This document shows positions 54,145 to 64,000 of a stretch of 64,000 nucleotides of DNA, in pieces. Origin of the DNA: an uncultured Candidatus Rokubacteria bacterium (lineage in GTDB: Bacteria > Methylomirabilota > Methylomirabilia > Rokubacteriales > DASRDR01); the NCBI GenBank assembly GCA_963804185.1, contig CAWDPM010000021.1, positions 26,119 to 90,118 of the forward strand, written 5' to 3'. The number at the start of each line of letters is the position of its first letter. Position 1 is the first letter of the stretch. The translations under genes were made by a program, and so were the position numbers. The notes below the pieces were generated by a model. The model searched no databases. It saw only the letters and a list, made by a program, of their open reading frames with translations, and had not been told where the DNA came from.

Positions 54145-55191
54145 ATGGGGTCGCGCCTCCCGACGCACTTCCCGCTTCCCCCCAAGTTCGAGCGCTGGTG
54201 GCATGCATTCCTGACGACCCATCGGCCCCACCCGGACGTTGCTATCACCACGGCACTGGAACGCGGGCTCCGCTGGTGGATCTTGCCGTGTCTCCCGCGA
54301 GACGCCGACTGGGTTGCGCGGGACGCGCAGAATCGCGAGTGGGACCAGCTGATCGCCCACCAGGGCGTGGTCACCGTGCAGCGCCACGCCGCGCCGAGCG
54401 AGACGGCGACGCTCGCGGCGGAGGCGGCGGATTTCATCCACGAAGTCGAGCCGGGCGGGGCGTTTTGCGTGACGCCCAGGCCTGCGCCGGGGCAACCGAG
54501 GCCGCTGGGGGAGCCCGTGTGTGTCTGCGGGATCTTCGCGCTGACCTGGCAGGAGGACCATCTCACCCAGTTGGCGCTTCGTCTCGCAGAACCACTGGCC
54601 AAGGCCGTGCTCCGGAAGATGGCGCGCGGCTTCGCGCGTGAGGCCCAGCAGGGTCCGTACGCGCCGGTGACCGCCAATGCTGCGGCCACGCTGGACGTAA
54701 TCGTCCAGGCCCTCCTGTGGATGTACGTGCAATTGATGCACGATCGGGCCGCGTTCCCGCGTGATCCGCTGGCCGTGCGCGTGGCGCGCCTGTGTGCGGC
54801 CCCGATGGTCCTGCCGGACAAGACCGGGCATCGATCGCGGATTGTGGGCGAGGAGTACGAGTGGTGGCTGGGGCTGCTCCGTGATCTGGTCCACCGGGTG
54901 ATGCGACCGGCTTTCCCGAAGGAACAGTGGGCCACGACGGGGCGAACGCGTGACAAGCAGGCGCGCTTCGAGAAACTGCGCGCCACCTGGCCGACCCTCC
55001 CGGACGCGGTGCTCAAGCACGTGAAGGAGCAGGATGACCGTGGAGAGGCGGAACGACGCCTCACGGCTGCCCTGGTCGAGACGATGGCCTGGGGCCAGGC
55101 AGCCCCTGAAGCGGTCCGGCGCGCCGTCCTGCGCCACCGGGCCCTGATCCGACGCTTCGACGCGGCCGACCGCGCGGCCGACCCGGAGTAG
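54145..55191 (+). CDS. Hypothetical protein (348 aa)
   Basis: AGGAGG RBS, long ORF leading the HTH-primase run. Confidence 0.65.
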   Translation: MGSRLPTHFPLPPKFERWWHAFLTTHRPHPDVAITTALERGLRWWILPCLPRDADWVARDAQNREWDQLIAHQGVVTVQRHAAPSETATLAAEAADFIHEVEPGGAFCVTPRPAPGQPRPLGEPVCVCGIFALTWQEDHLTQLALRLAEPLAKAVLRKMARGFAREAQQGPYAPVTANAAATLDVIVQALLWMYVQLMHDRAAFPRDPLAVRVARLCAAPMVLPDKTGHRSRIVGEEYEWWLGLLRDLVHRVMRPAFPKEQWATTGRTRDKQARFEKLRATWPTLPDAVLKHVKEQDDRGEAERRLTAALVETMAWGQAAPEAVRRAVLRHRALIRRFDAADRAADPE

Positions 55192-55261
55192 ACGCTCCCC
55201 GAGCCATTTACACCACGACTTGGGTCTCCGCGCGGCTGACTATGGCTGAAGGAGACCCACG

Positions 55262-55519
55262 ATGGCCCGCACCGCGTTTTTGACGGTCAAGGAAGCCGCC
55301 GCCCGGTCACGCCTGTCGGTGCGCACGCTCCGCCGCGCCATCCTCGCCCGACAGCTCTCGGCGGTCCGGCCAGGCGGGCGGCGTCGGGTCTTGATTCCGG
55401 ACGGGGCCCTTGAGGCCTTCATGTACCTGACGACCGCTCGGACATCGGCCGCTGTCGAACCGGAGCCTGAGGGCCTCGCGACGAAGTTCGAGCGCGTCGC
55501 CGATCAGCGGCCGGCATGA
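55262..55519 (+). CDS. Excisionase-like HTH protein
   Basis: FLTVKEAAARSRLSVRTLRRAI..L.AVRPGGRRRVLI. Confidence 0.8.
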   Translation: MARTAFLTVKEAAARSRLSVRTLRRAILARQLSAVRPGGRRRVLIPDGALEAFMYLTTARTSAAVEPEPEGLATKFERVADQRPA

Positions 55520-55773
55520 GGCCGATGGAGACCCGATTCGCGCGGACGCTCTCACGAGAGTTTCGTCTCGCGGTGAAGTTCGACGACCCCCGCCCGCAGT
55601 GGCGCATCGCGATGGCGGCGGGCGTGAGTCCGCACATGCTGAGTCGGTGGCTGAGCGGCTACGGGCGGGTGCGCCCGGATGATCCGCGCCTGCTGCGCGT
55701 GGCCCGCGAGGTCGGCGTCTCGCCGGATCGTCAGTTCGAGCCGCCGCCGACGCCCGAGCTGTTGAACTCCTAA
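55516..55773 (+). CDS. XRE-like HTH protein
   Basis: PQWRIAMAAGVSPHMLSRWLSG. Confidence 0.65.
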   Translation: MRPMETRFARTLSREFRLAVKFDDPRPQWRIAMAAGVSPHMLSRWLSGYGRVRPDDPRLLRVAREVGVSPDRQFEPPPTPELLNS

Positions 55774-55887
55774 GACGGCGACTCCGGGGATTCCCGCCCC
55801 GGCGCTCGCCACAACGAGAGGCGCGTCAGATGGCGACCCCGAGTCTACCGCCACGGTCGGTATCCCGGCGAGTCTCTGAGGGGCGTC

Positions 55888-58590
55888 GTGTCTGATCGAT
55901 TGGACCGCGCCATGGCTCTGGCGCTGCGGGGCTGGCGCGTCTTCCCGCTCCATAGCGTCAGCAAGGGCGGGCGGTGCTCGTGTCGTCACGCTGCGTGCCG
56001 CCAGGTTGCCAAACACCCCCGCACCGAACACGGACTCCACGATGCCGCCGCGTCGCCCTCTGCCGTTGCCGCCTGGTGGCTCAAGTGGCGCGACGCCAAC
56101 ATCGGTCTGCCGACGGGCGAGCACTTCACTGTCCTCGACGTAGACCCCAAGGCCGGGGGGGATGAGGCCCTCCGATCTCTGGAGGCCCTCCACGGCCCTC
56201 TGCCGCCCACTTGGCGCGTCCTGACGGGCGGGGGTGGGTGTCACCTCTACTTCCTCCCTGTCGTCGATCTCGCGAACTCTGCAAGCCTGCTCGGGCCTGG
56301 CTTAGACATCCGTGGAGTGGGTGGGTACGTCGTCGCGCCGGGCTCCACTCACGCCTCAGGGCGCGAGTACACCTGGGAGGCGGGCCTGGGACCGGACGAG
56401 GTGCCGCTGGCGGCAATGCCCGCCTGGATGGTCGAGGCGCTCCGTCGGCCTCGAGGGACCGGGGATGCGGCCACGGACGAGGAGTGGGCGGCGCGGTTCG
56501 CGGGCGTGCCGCTCGGGCAGATCAACGACACGGCGACCCGGTGTGCGGGCTACCTGGCGGCGCGCGGGCTGCCCCCCGATGTCATCGGGCAGATCCTCAT
56601 CGGCTTCGGCGCGCGCTGCACGCCGCCGATCAGCCGCGAGGACGCGGCGACGTTCCGCGACATCGCCCGGCGCATCTGGGACAAGGAACAGGCGAAGCGG
56701 CAGGCCCCGACGACCGTCGATGCGCCGCCTCTCCGTGAGGACTGGGGGGCCTTCCGGCTCGAGGAGGGGCACATCGCGTGGGAGCATTTTGTCGGTCAGG
56801 GGCGAGACCGGGCGCGGGTGACGACGCGGCTGGCGAACTTCGATGCGTGGATTCCCCACGTCGAGCTGCTGGACTCCGGCGACGAGGATGTCACGCGACT
56901 CTTTCAGGTGACGGGCCGGCTGGCGACGGGGGAGCCGCTTCCCTCGCTGGCGATCTCCGCCAAGGACTTTGATCGGCTCGACTGGGTCACGGAGCACTGG
57001 GGCCCCGTCGCGATGGTGCTGGAGACGCGGCACCGGGACAAGCTCGCCCAGGCGATCAAAACCCGCACGGTCAGCACCCAGCATCCGCTCTATCGGCACA
57101 TTGGCTTTACCCGGACCGGCACGCCCAGGGTCTTCCTCACGGTGGCGGGGGCGGTCGGCGCGGATGGCTATGACGTGGATCTCGGGCGCACGGACAACCT
57201 GCTGCGCTATGCGATGCCCCAATACCCTGAAGCGCCCGGCGCGGGCATCACGGCGAGCTTCGCCTTGCTCGCTGTCGCGCCTGCGGCCGTCATGGTGCCA
57301 CTCCTGGGCGCGGTCTGGCGCGCGCCGCTGTCCTGGGCGGTGTCCTGCGACTACTCGATCTGGCTCGTTGGCGAGACGCTCAGCCGGAAATCGAGCCTGG
57401 CGGCATTGGTGCTCAATCACTACGGGGACTTCCCGTCGAAGTTAACCCTGCCGATGTCCTGGTCCTGGACGCGGACCGCGCTCGAAATCGCCACATATCA
57501 GCTGAAGGACGCGCTCATCGTCATCGACGACTACGCGCCAGATGCGCACTCGCGGGACATTGCCACCACCGCGCGGGCGATTATCCGGGACTTAGGCAAT
57601 CAATCCTCTCGGGGCCGCGCGACCCGCGACATCACGGCCCGCCGGCAATACGTGCCGCGCGGTCTCGTGCTCTCGACCGGCGAATCGTTTCCCTCCGGGG
57701 GCGAGTCGTTAGCCGCCCGGGTGCTGATCCTCCGCGTGGCCCGGGACACCGTGAACAACGCGGCCCTCTCCGCCGCGCAGGAGGAACGGGCGCGCACGCA
57801 GTTGCGCCATGGGCAGAGCGGCTATGTGCAATGGCTGGGTGCGCAATTCCAGAACGGCTTCGAGCCGCGCTTCAAGAACGATCTCGCGGAGCTGACGGCG
57901 ACCGCCCGCGCCGACACGGGGGGGCAACCGGGCCGGATGGCCGAAACGATCGCGAGTCTGCAAATGGGATGGGCCTTCGGGATGCGCTATGCCGTCGCGA
58001 TCGGGGCTCTGACGACCCAGGAGGCGGATCGCTATCAGCGGGAGGCCTGGCAGACGTTGCTCACCGCCGGCCAGAGCCACACGCAATTCGTCGAAGAGCG
58101 CCAGCCGCATCGGCTCTACCTCCAGCGACTCTACGCGGTCCTCCAGCAGGGCGATGCCTTGCTCTTGCCGAAGGGCATCAAGCGCGAAGCGGTGGAGGTC
58201 CGGGGGCGGGAGGTGGTGGTGGGCTGGCACGACGAGGCCTGGCTCTATCTCATTCCGGAGACCGCCTACAGCGTGGTGGCGCGGGTCTCCCGGGACATGG
58301 GCGAAGACTTTCCCGTGCCGTTGGAACAGATGGACCGGATCTTCCTCGAGCACAAGCTCACCGACCCCCGTCCGACCGGCGCGACCGGGCGCGCGCGCGT
58401 CCGCGAAGGGCAATACGCCCAAGCGCGGGTGGTGAAACTCAAGAAGAGCGCGATCGTCGATCTCCTGGGGGCGTTCACGGTGCCGGGGCTCCCGGAGCGC
58501 GAGGGCATGCCGATTGACTATGGGGGCTCCATGGGTTCCTCAAACAGCACGGCCGACGAGCACGAGCCTGGCGATGAGCCGCCCTTTTGA
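55888..58590 (+). CDS. Bifunctional primase-polymerase fused to DUF927/SF3-like helicase
   Basis: GWRVFPL, C.C...C...KHP, NIGLPTG, VLDVD, GLDIRG.GGYVVAPGS; GETLSRKS and LIVIDD P-loop motifs. Confidence 0.85.
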   Translation: MSDRLDRAMALALRGWRVFPLHSVSKGGRCSCRHAACRQVAKHPRTEHGLHDAAASPSAVAAWWLKWRDANIGLPTGEHFTVLDVDPKAGGDEALRSLEALHGPLPPTWRVLTGGGGCHLYFLPVVDLANSASLLGPGLDIRGVGGYVVAPGSTHASGREYTWEAGLGPDEVPLAAMPAWMVEALRRPRGTGDAATDEEWAARFAGVPLGQINDTATRCAGYLAARGLPPDVIGQILIGFGARCTPPISREDAATFRDIARRIWDKEQAKRQAPTTVDAPPLREDWGAFRLEEGHIAWEHFVGQGRDRARVTTRLANFDAWIPHVELLDSGDEDVTRLFQVTGRLATGEPLPSLAISAKDFDRLDWVTEHWGPVAMVLETRHRDKLAQAIKTRTVSTQHPLYRHIGFTRTGTPRVFLTVAGAVGADGYDVDLGRTDNLLRYAMPQYPEAPGAGITASFALLAVAPAAVMVPLLGAVWRAPLSWAVSCDYSIWLVGETLSRKSSLAALVLNHYGDFPSKLTLPMSWSWTRTALEIATYQLKDALIVIDDYAPDAHSRDIATTARAIIRDLGNQSSRGRATRDITARRQYVPRGLVLSTGESFPSGGESLAARVLILRVARDTVNNAALSAAQEERARTQLRHGQSGYVQWLGAQFQNGFEPRFKNDLAELTATARADTGGQPGRMAETIASLQMGWAFGMRYAVAIGALTTQEADRYQREAWQTLLTAGQSHTQFVEERQPHRLYLQRLYAVLQQGDALLLPKGIKREAVEVRGREVVVGWHDEAWLYLIPETAYSVVARVSRDMGEDFPVPLEQMDRIFLEHKLTDPRPTGATGRARVREGQYAQARVVKLKKSAIVDLLGAFTVPGLPEREGMPIDYGGSMGSSNSTADEHEPGDEPPF

Positions 58591-58596
58591 GTGCTC

Positions 58597-58883
58597 TGAG
58601 TCACCCTGGAGGGCAGTGAGTCACCCCCGAGTCACCCCCGGTGGCTCACGACATGTATGCGCCGTGATTCAGAAGAATCCCTGATGAGTCACCCGAGTCA
58701 CCCCTCCGCCGGTAGACGTGTGTGCGCGCGTGTGTGTGTGTATGTGCGGGGGTGGACCTTCCCCGCGCGATCTCTATACATATACGGTTAACTCACCTGA
58801 CTCACTCTATCTATCTGTACACGGCGACTGCGAAAAAAGTGAGTCAACCCCCATGACTCACCCATGACTCACCTGACTCACCC
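58597..58883. repeat. Iteron cluster / putative replication origin
   Basis: About 11 copies of YGA(G/C)TCAC directly downstream of the primase, around an alternating RY tract and AT-richer core. Confidence 0.8.
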
Positions 58884-59733
58884 ACACCCTGGATGCGGCC
58901 GATGGAGATGCCGTGGCGGCACACGCGCTCGAGTGCCGATGGTCTCCGGATTTAGCGCATTGGCGACAATGGCTGACGCAATACGCGGAGCCCCCGCCCG
59001 TGCAGCACCGGCTCAGAACACTGGGCTACTGGCCCTCCCGCTCCACGGTGAGTGGCGATGAGGGACCAGAACCTCGTGGGCGGGACTGACGCGCCACGCC
59101 CCGCGCCGCTGGTGTCGCCCGCCCCGATGCCGGCGGTGTCCGACACGCTCCGCCGGGTGGCCTTCGATCTCGTGGTCGTGGGCGAGCAGACGCTGCTCGC
59201 CGAGCAGCCGACGCGCACGGCCGTGGTGCGGAGGCCGGCATCCTGCTGCGCACGGTGCTTCAGCGACTGCCGGCGGCCACGCCGGCGGGGCCGATGCCGC
59301 CGCCGCAGGATCCCGTCGCCGGACCCGACGATGACCGGTCGATCCCGTTCTAAGGGCGGTCGGGGCGGGGTCGCGCGATGAGCCCCAGGCCGTGCCGGCA
59401 CGAGGCGTCAGCCCGCCTGCGGCGGCAGGCGCAGGGCAAACCGACGGGCGGGAGCCGCTGACGTGACGCCGCCCGTCCCGATCCCCAGCTTCGACGCACT
59501 CGCCCGGGACCCGGGCCAGGCCGCCGCGATTCCGGGCGACACGCAGGGATGACCTCGCGGGGGCCGGGGCCGCACTTGGACGAGGTGGCCAATGACCCAC
59601 GTCGGGCGGACGCGCTGCCGTCGGAACTGACGCCCGGGCTCCCGCTAGCTGCCGCGAGCCGTCGGCTCCGCCGACCGGCTGGCCGCCCTCGGGCCGTCCG
59701 GACCTCTGGACTCTCAGTCCAAGGCCCCCGACT

Positions 59734-60153
59734 GTGAGCACGCCCCCTCTCGCGTTGGCCGCTGCGTCCGCCCGCCTCCGAGGGAAGCCCGGACGTCCAC
59801 GAAAGGTGCCGTCCAGCGACGGGACACCGGCTCGTCAGGCCAGTGTTCCGTCTGGTGCGACCAGAATGTCTCCGACGGCGCAAGGTTCCACGGCGCCCAC
59901 GCGCCCTGTGCCCATGACTGTGCCCATGGCGCCCCTTCAGCCGCGCCTTCTGGACCTGGCTACGACGGCACTCTACCTCGGGTGCTCCGCATGGACCGTA
60001 CGCGACCTGGAGGCGGCCGGCGTGCTTGCGCGGGTCCGTCTGCCCCTGTCCGGTGGGCGGGAGCTGCGGAAGCTCCTGTTCGACCGCGAGGATCTCGATC
60101 GGTTGGTCGCCCTCTCGAAGGACGCCGCGCCCCAGCTCGAGGGCCGGCCATGA
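59734..60153 (+). CDS. Excisionase-like HTH protein
   Basis: PRLLDLATTALYLGCSAWTVRDL..KLLFDREDLDRLV. Confidence 0.72.
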   Translation: MSTPPLALAAASARLRGKPGRPRKVPSSDGTPARQASVPSGATRMSPTAQGSTAPTRPVPMTVPMAPLQPRLLDLATTALYLGCSAWTVRDLEAAGVLARVRLPLSGGRELRKLLFDREDLDRLVALSKDAAPQLEGRP

Positions 60154-60547
60154 GAGCCCTGAACGGTGCCATCGGCGCGGACCGACGATGATCCGGCGCA
60201 GCTCCTCCGCGCCGACCCACTCAGAGAGCTTTGCCTGGGCCCCAGGGGCGGATCGTACTCCTCCGACAAGGCCGCCGACCCGACGGCGCCAGGACGGCGT
60301 GTAGCCGTCAGGAGCGTGGCGTAGCCGTGAGTTTCGACCTGTCGGCGCCGCCGATGGGGTCTCCCAGCAGGCTCTAGGGCGAGCCACGCCCCAGAACCGC
60401 CCATCTGGCGCCCGAGGCGGGGTCGGGGTAGGGTCGGGGCACCGTGCCCGATGGAACGGCCGGGACGCCGAGCTTTGGCGGCGACCCGGATGCCGTGACG
60501 CAGTGCCTCGCTGGCCGCTCACGATCCGGACTGGGGAGCCGCTCCAT

Positions 60548-63500
60548 ATGCCCTGTCCCCGATGCCAGCACGAGAACCCCAGCGGCCAGAAGTTCTGCGG
60601 CGCGTGCGGCACGTTCCTCACGGCCAATCCGAGTGGTTTGCCAGCGCGGTCACATGCGGAGATCACGACCGCCCTGAGTGAGGCGGTGGAGCAGCAGAAA
60701 GCCACGGCGGAGCTCCTACAGACGCGGAACCGCGAGCTCGCGGAAGCGCAAGAGCAGCAGACTGCGACCGCGGAGATCCTGCGCGTCATCTCCAGCTCGC
60801 CGACCGACGTCCAGCCCGTGATGGATGCGGTGGCGGCAAGCGCTGCACGGCTCTGTGGCGCAACCGACGCGGCCGTCCGCCGGGTTCACGGAGACTTTCT
60901 CGAAACCGTCGCCGTTCACGGACCAGCCTGGATCGACAGGATCCGGGTTCAACGTGATGTTCCAAGCGGTCGCGCCGTGATCGACGCCGTCACAATCCAC
61001 GTCCACGACGTCGTCGCGGCTCAAGACGAGTTCCCGGGCTTGCCCGCGCAGGTCCTGGAGAGAGGCGGCGAGACGCTGCTGGCCGTGCCACTGCTCCGTG
61101 AGGGGATGGCTATCGGCGTGATTTCAATTCGCCGCCACAAGGTCCTCCCGTTCACCGAGAAGCAGATTGCCCTGCTCCAGACCTTCGCCGACCAGGCCGT
61201 CATCGCCATCGAGAACGTCCGCCTGTTCACCGAGCTGCAGCAGAAGAACCGGGCGCTCACGGAAGCCCACGCGCAGGTGACCGAGTCACTCGAGCAGCAG
61301 ACGGCCACGGCCGAGATTCTGCGGGTCATCGCGAGCTCGCCGACCGACCTGCAGCCCGTCCTGGATGTCGTTGCAGAGAACGCCGCGCGGGTCTGCGGTG
61401 GCATCGACTCGCTCATTTTCCGCCTGGAGGGGAACGTTCTACGGCTCGTCGCCCGGTACGGGACGCTGCCGGTGGTCACGAGCATCGGGGATACCATATC
61501 CGCCACGCGGGACACGGTGGCTGGCCGGGCGCTATCGGAGCGACGGACGATCCACGTCGAGGATCTTCGGGCATTGCCCGAGACGGAGTTCCCGGAAACG
61601 CAGGGCACGGGCGCGCGAACGAGCATATGCAGGGCACTAAACCTATCCTGGCCACGCCGCTACTGCGCGAGGGCGTTCCGCTCGGGACCATCCTGATCCG
61701 TCGGGCCGAGGCCCGGCCCTTCTCGGCCACGCAGATCGCGCTTCTGGAGACGTTCGCCAACCAGGCCGTCATCGCCATCGAGAACGTCCGCCTGTTCACG
61801 GAACTGCAGGAGAAAAACCAAGCGCTCACAGAGACGCATGCCCAGGTGACCGAGTCGCTGGAGCAGCAGACGGCCACGGCCGAGATCCTGCGGGTCATCA
61901 GCACCTCGCCGACGGAACTGCAGCCCGTACTCGACGCCGTGGTCAGGAGCGCTGCACGCTTCTGCGGAGCCCAAGACGCAGAGATCTACCACCTGGACGG
62001 GGAAGGTCTCAAGGTGGCTGCCCACCACGGCCACATTTCCGCCCCGGTAGGCCGCGTGGTTCCTGTCGTGCGGGGAACGGCTGCAGGGCGAGCCGTGCTG
62101 GAACGACGGCCCGTTCACGTGGCTGATTTCCTCGCCGAGGCAGAGGATTTCCCCGTGGGCAGCGCGTTGGCGAGGGAGTTCGGCTACCGAACGGGCCTGG
62201 CCGTTCCGCTGCTTCGGGAAGGGACGGCCATCGGCACGATAAACCTCCGGCGCACCAAGATGCAGCCGTTCGCGGACAAGGAAATCGCCCTGCTCCAGAC
62301 CTTCGCCGACCAGGCGGTCATCGCGATCGAGAACGTGCGTTTGTTCAACGAGCTCAAAAACAAGAACGGCGCGCTCGCTGAGGCACTCGAGCAGCAGACT
62401 GCGACCAGCGAGCTCCTCAAGGTGATCGGCCGGTCCACCTTCGACCTCCAGCCGGTCTTCGAGACGTTGGCCGAGAACGCGATCAGGTTGTGCGAGGCCG
62501 AACGCGCGTTGATCTTCCGGCTCGACGGTCAGGTTATGCGAGTCGTGGCCACCCACAACGTCTTCCCAGAGCTCAGAGCATTCATCGAGCAGAATCCCAT
62601 CACTCCCGGACGCGGGAGCGGCATCGGTCGTGCCGCCCTCGAGCGGCGCACCATCCACATCCACGATATCCGGACCGATCCCGAGTACACCTACGCTGGG
62701 CAGCAGATTGCTCCTTACCGGACCGTGCTGGTAGTCCCCATGCTCAGGGCGGGCGAGCTGTTGGGAGTCATTGCGATCCACCGGCACGAGGTCCGGCCAT
62801 TCATGCACAGTCAGATCACGCTGATGGAGACCTTCGCCGACCAGGCCGCCATCGCGATCGAAAACACGCAGCTGTTCAAGGAGTTGGAAGCGCGTACGGC
62901 CCAGCTCAGCCGCTCCGTCCAGGAACTGCAGGCGCTTGGCGAGGTCAGCCAAGCCCTCAGCTCGACGCTCGACCTCGCGACGGTGCTCAGCACCATCGTC
63001 GCCCGCGCCAACCAGCTCGCCGGCGCCGACGGGGGCTTCGTCTACGAGTATGACGAGCCGAGCGAGGCGTTTCACCTGCGCGCCACCGACAACCTCGACG
63101 AGGAGGTGGTCGTGCTGGCCCGGCACACGCCGGTCCCCCGCAGCGAGGGTGTCCTCGGGCGCATGGCCGTGACACGGGAGCCGGTGCAGATTCCCGACAT
63201 CGGCGAGGAGAGCGCGTACCACAGCCCTCTGCGGGACGTGCTGCTGAGGACCGGAACGCGGGCGCTTCTGGCCATTCCGCTGCTGCACGAGGACGACCTG
63301 ATCGGCGGCCTCACCGTCAACAAGAAGACGCCCGGGGAGTTCTCGCCGCAAGTCATCGGCCTGCTCAAGACCTTTGCCAGCCAGTCCGCGCTGGCCATCC
63401 AGAACGCCCGGCTGTTCCGCGAGATCGCGGATAAGAGCCGGCAGCTCGAGGCCGCGAGTCACCATAAGTCCGAGTTCCTCGCCAACATGTCCCATGAGCT

Positions 63501-64000
63501 TCGGACGCCGCTGAACGCGATCCTCGGCTTCTCGGAGGTGCTGGCCGAGCGGATGTTCGGGGAGGTGAACGAAAAGCAAGCCGAGTACCTCCAAGACATC
63601 CTGTCCTCGGGCCGGCATCTCCTCTCCCTGATCAACGACATCCTCGACCTGGCCAAGGTGGAGGCCGGACGGCAGGAGCTGGAGCTGGGGCGGTTCCATC
63701 TGCCGACCGCCTTGGACAATGCCCTGACCTTGGTGCGGGGGCGGGCGACGCGACACGGGATCACGCTCACCCAGACCGTGGACGAACGGCTGGGCGACAT
63801 CGTCGCGGACGAGCGGAAAGTGAAGCAGATCCTGGTGAACCTCCTGTCCAATGCGGTGAAGTTCACCCGCGAGGGCGGCCGGGTTGGCCTCAGCGCGACG
63901 GCGGCCGAGAGCGTTGTCACCATCGCCGTCAGCGACACGGGGGTCGGGATCGCGCCCGAAGACCAGGCCGCCATCTTCGAGGAGTTCCGTCAGGTTGGCC
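60548..64000 (+). CDS. Zinc-ribbon / multi-GAF histidine kinase (frameshift near 61620; runs off the window)
   Basis: [18 protein letters not shown], repeated [28 protein letters not shown] linkers, [17 protein letters not shown]-box, NAVKFT. Confidence 0.88.

Noticed and set aside
58597-58883. CRISPR array
   Set aside because: Repeats are 8-10 bp, irregularly spaced, and no cas genes are present.
61660-63756. 698-aa minus-strand ORF
   Set aside because: Antisense to the plus-strand kinase, whose frame was missed after the frameshift.

Overview
High-GC bacterial chromosome window. Gene content (orphan ABC_sub_bind proteins, zinc-ribbon adenylate cyclase/AAA/TPR protein, multi-GAF kinases) suggests Rokubacteria/Methylomirabilota; this is inference only. 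Bases 1-13.5 kb hold the origin-proximal core: rpmH-rnpA-yidC-rsmG-parS/parA-parB-mnmA-atpFHAGDC, a DUF507 pair and an FAH hydrolase. Bases 13.5-28.3 kb contain a decayed island at tRNA-Leu, smpB-ssrA with a 4 kb island bounded by a 32-bp direct repeat, then amidase-rph-rdgB and tRNA-Pro. From 28.2 kb to the end is an accessory region that begins at a tRNA-Arg(TCT) broken just after the anticodon. It looks like a tandem stack of related, decayed integrative elements. It contains repeated small Cys-rich genes, orphan substrate-binding protein (SBP) genes that each carry a stub of an adenylate-cyclase 3' end as leader, a minor-pilin cluster and a PEP-CTERM-type gene. It also holds a satellite-like module: DUF5681 TerS-like gene, ATPase-only TerL, HTH genes, Prim-Pol/helicase and an iteron origin. 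Frameshifts in essential atpG/atpC point to sequencing indels, so single-frameshift pseudogene calls are unreliable here.
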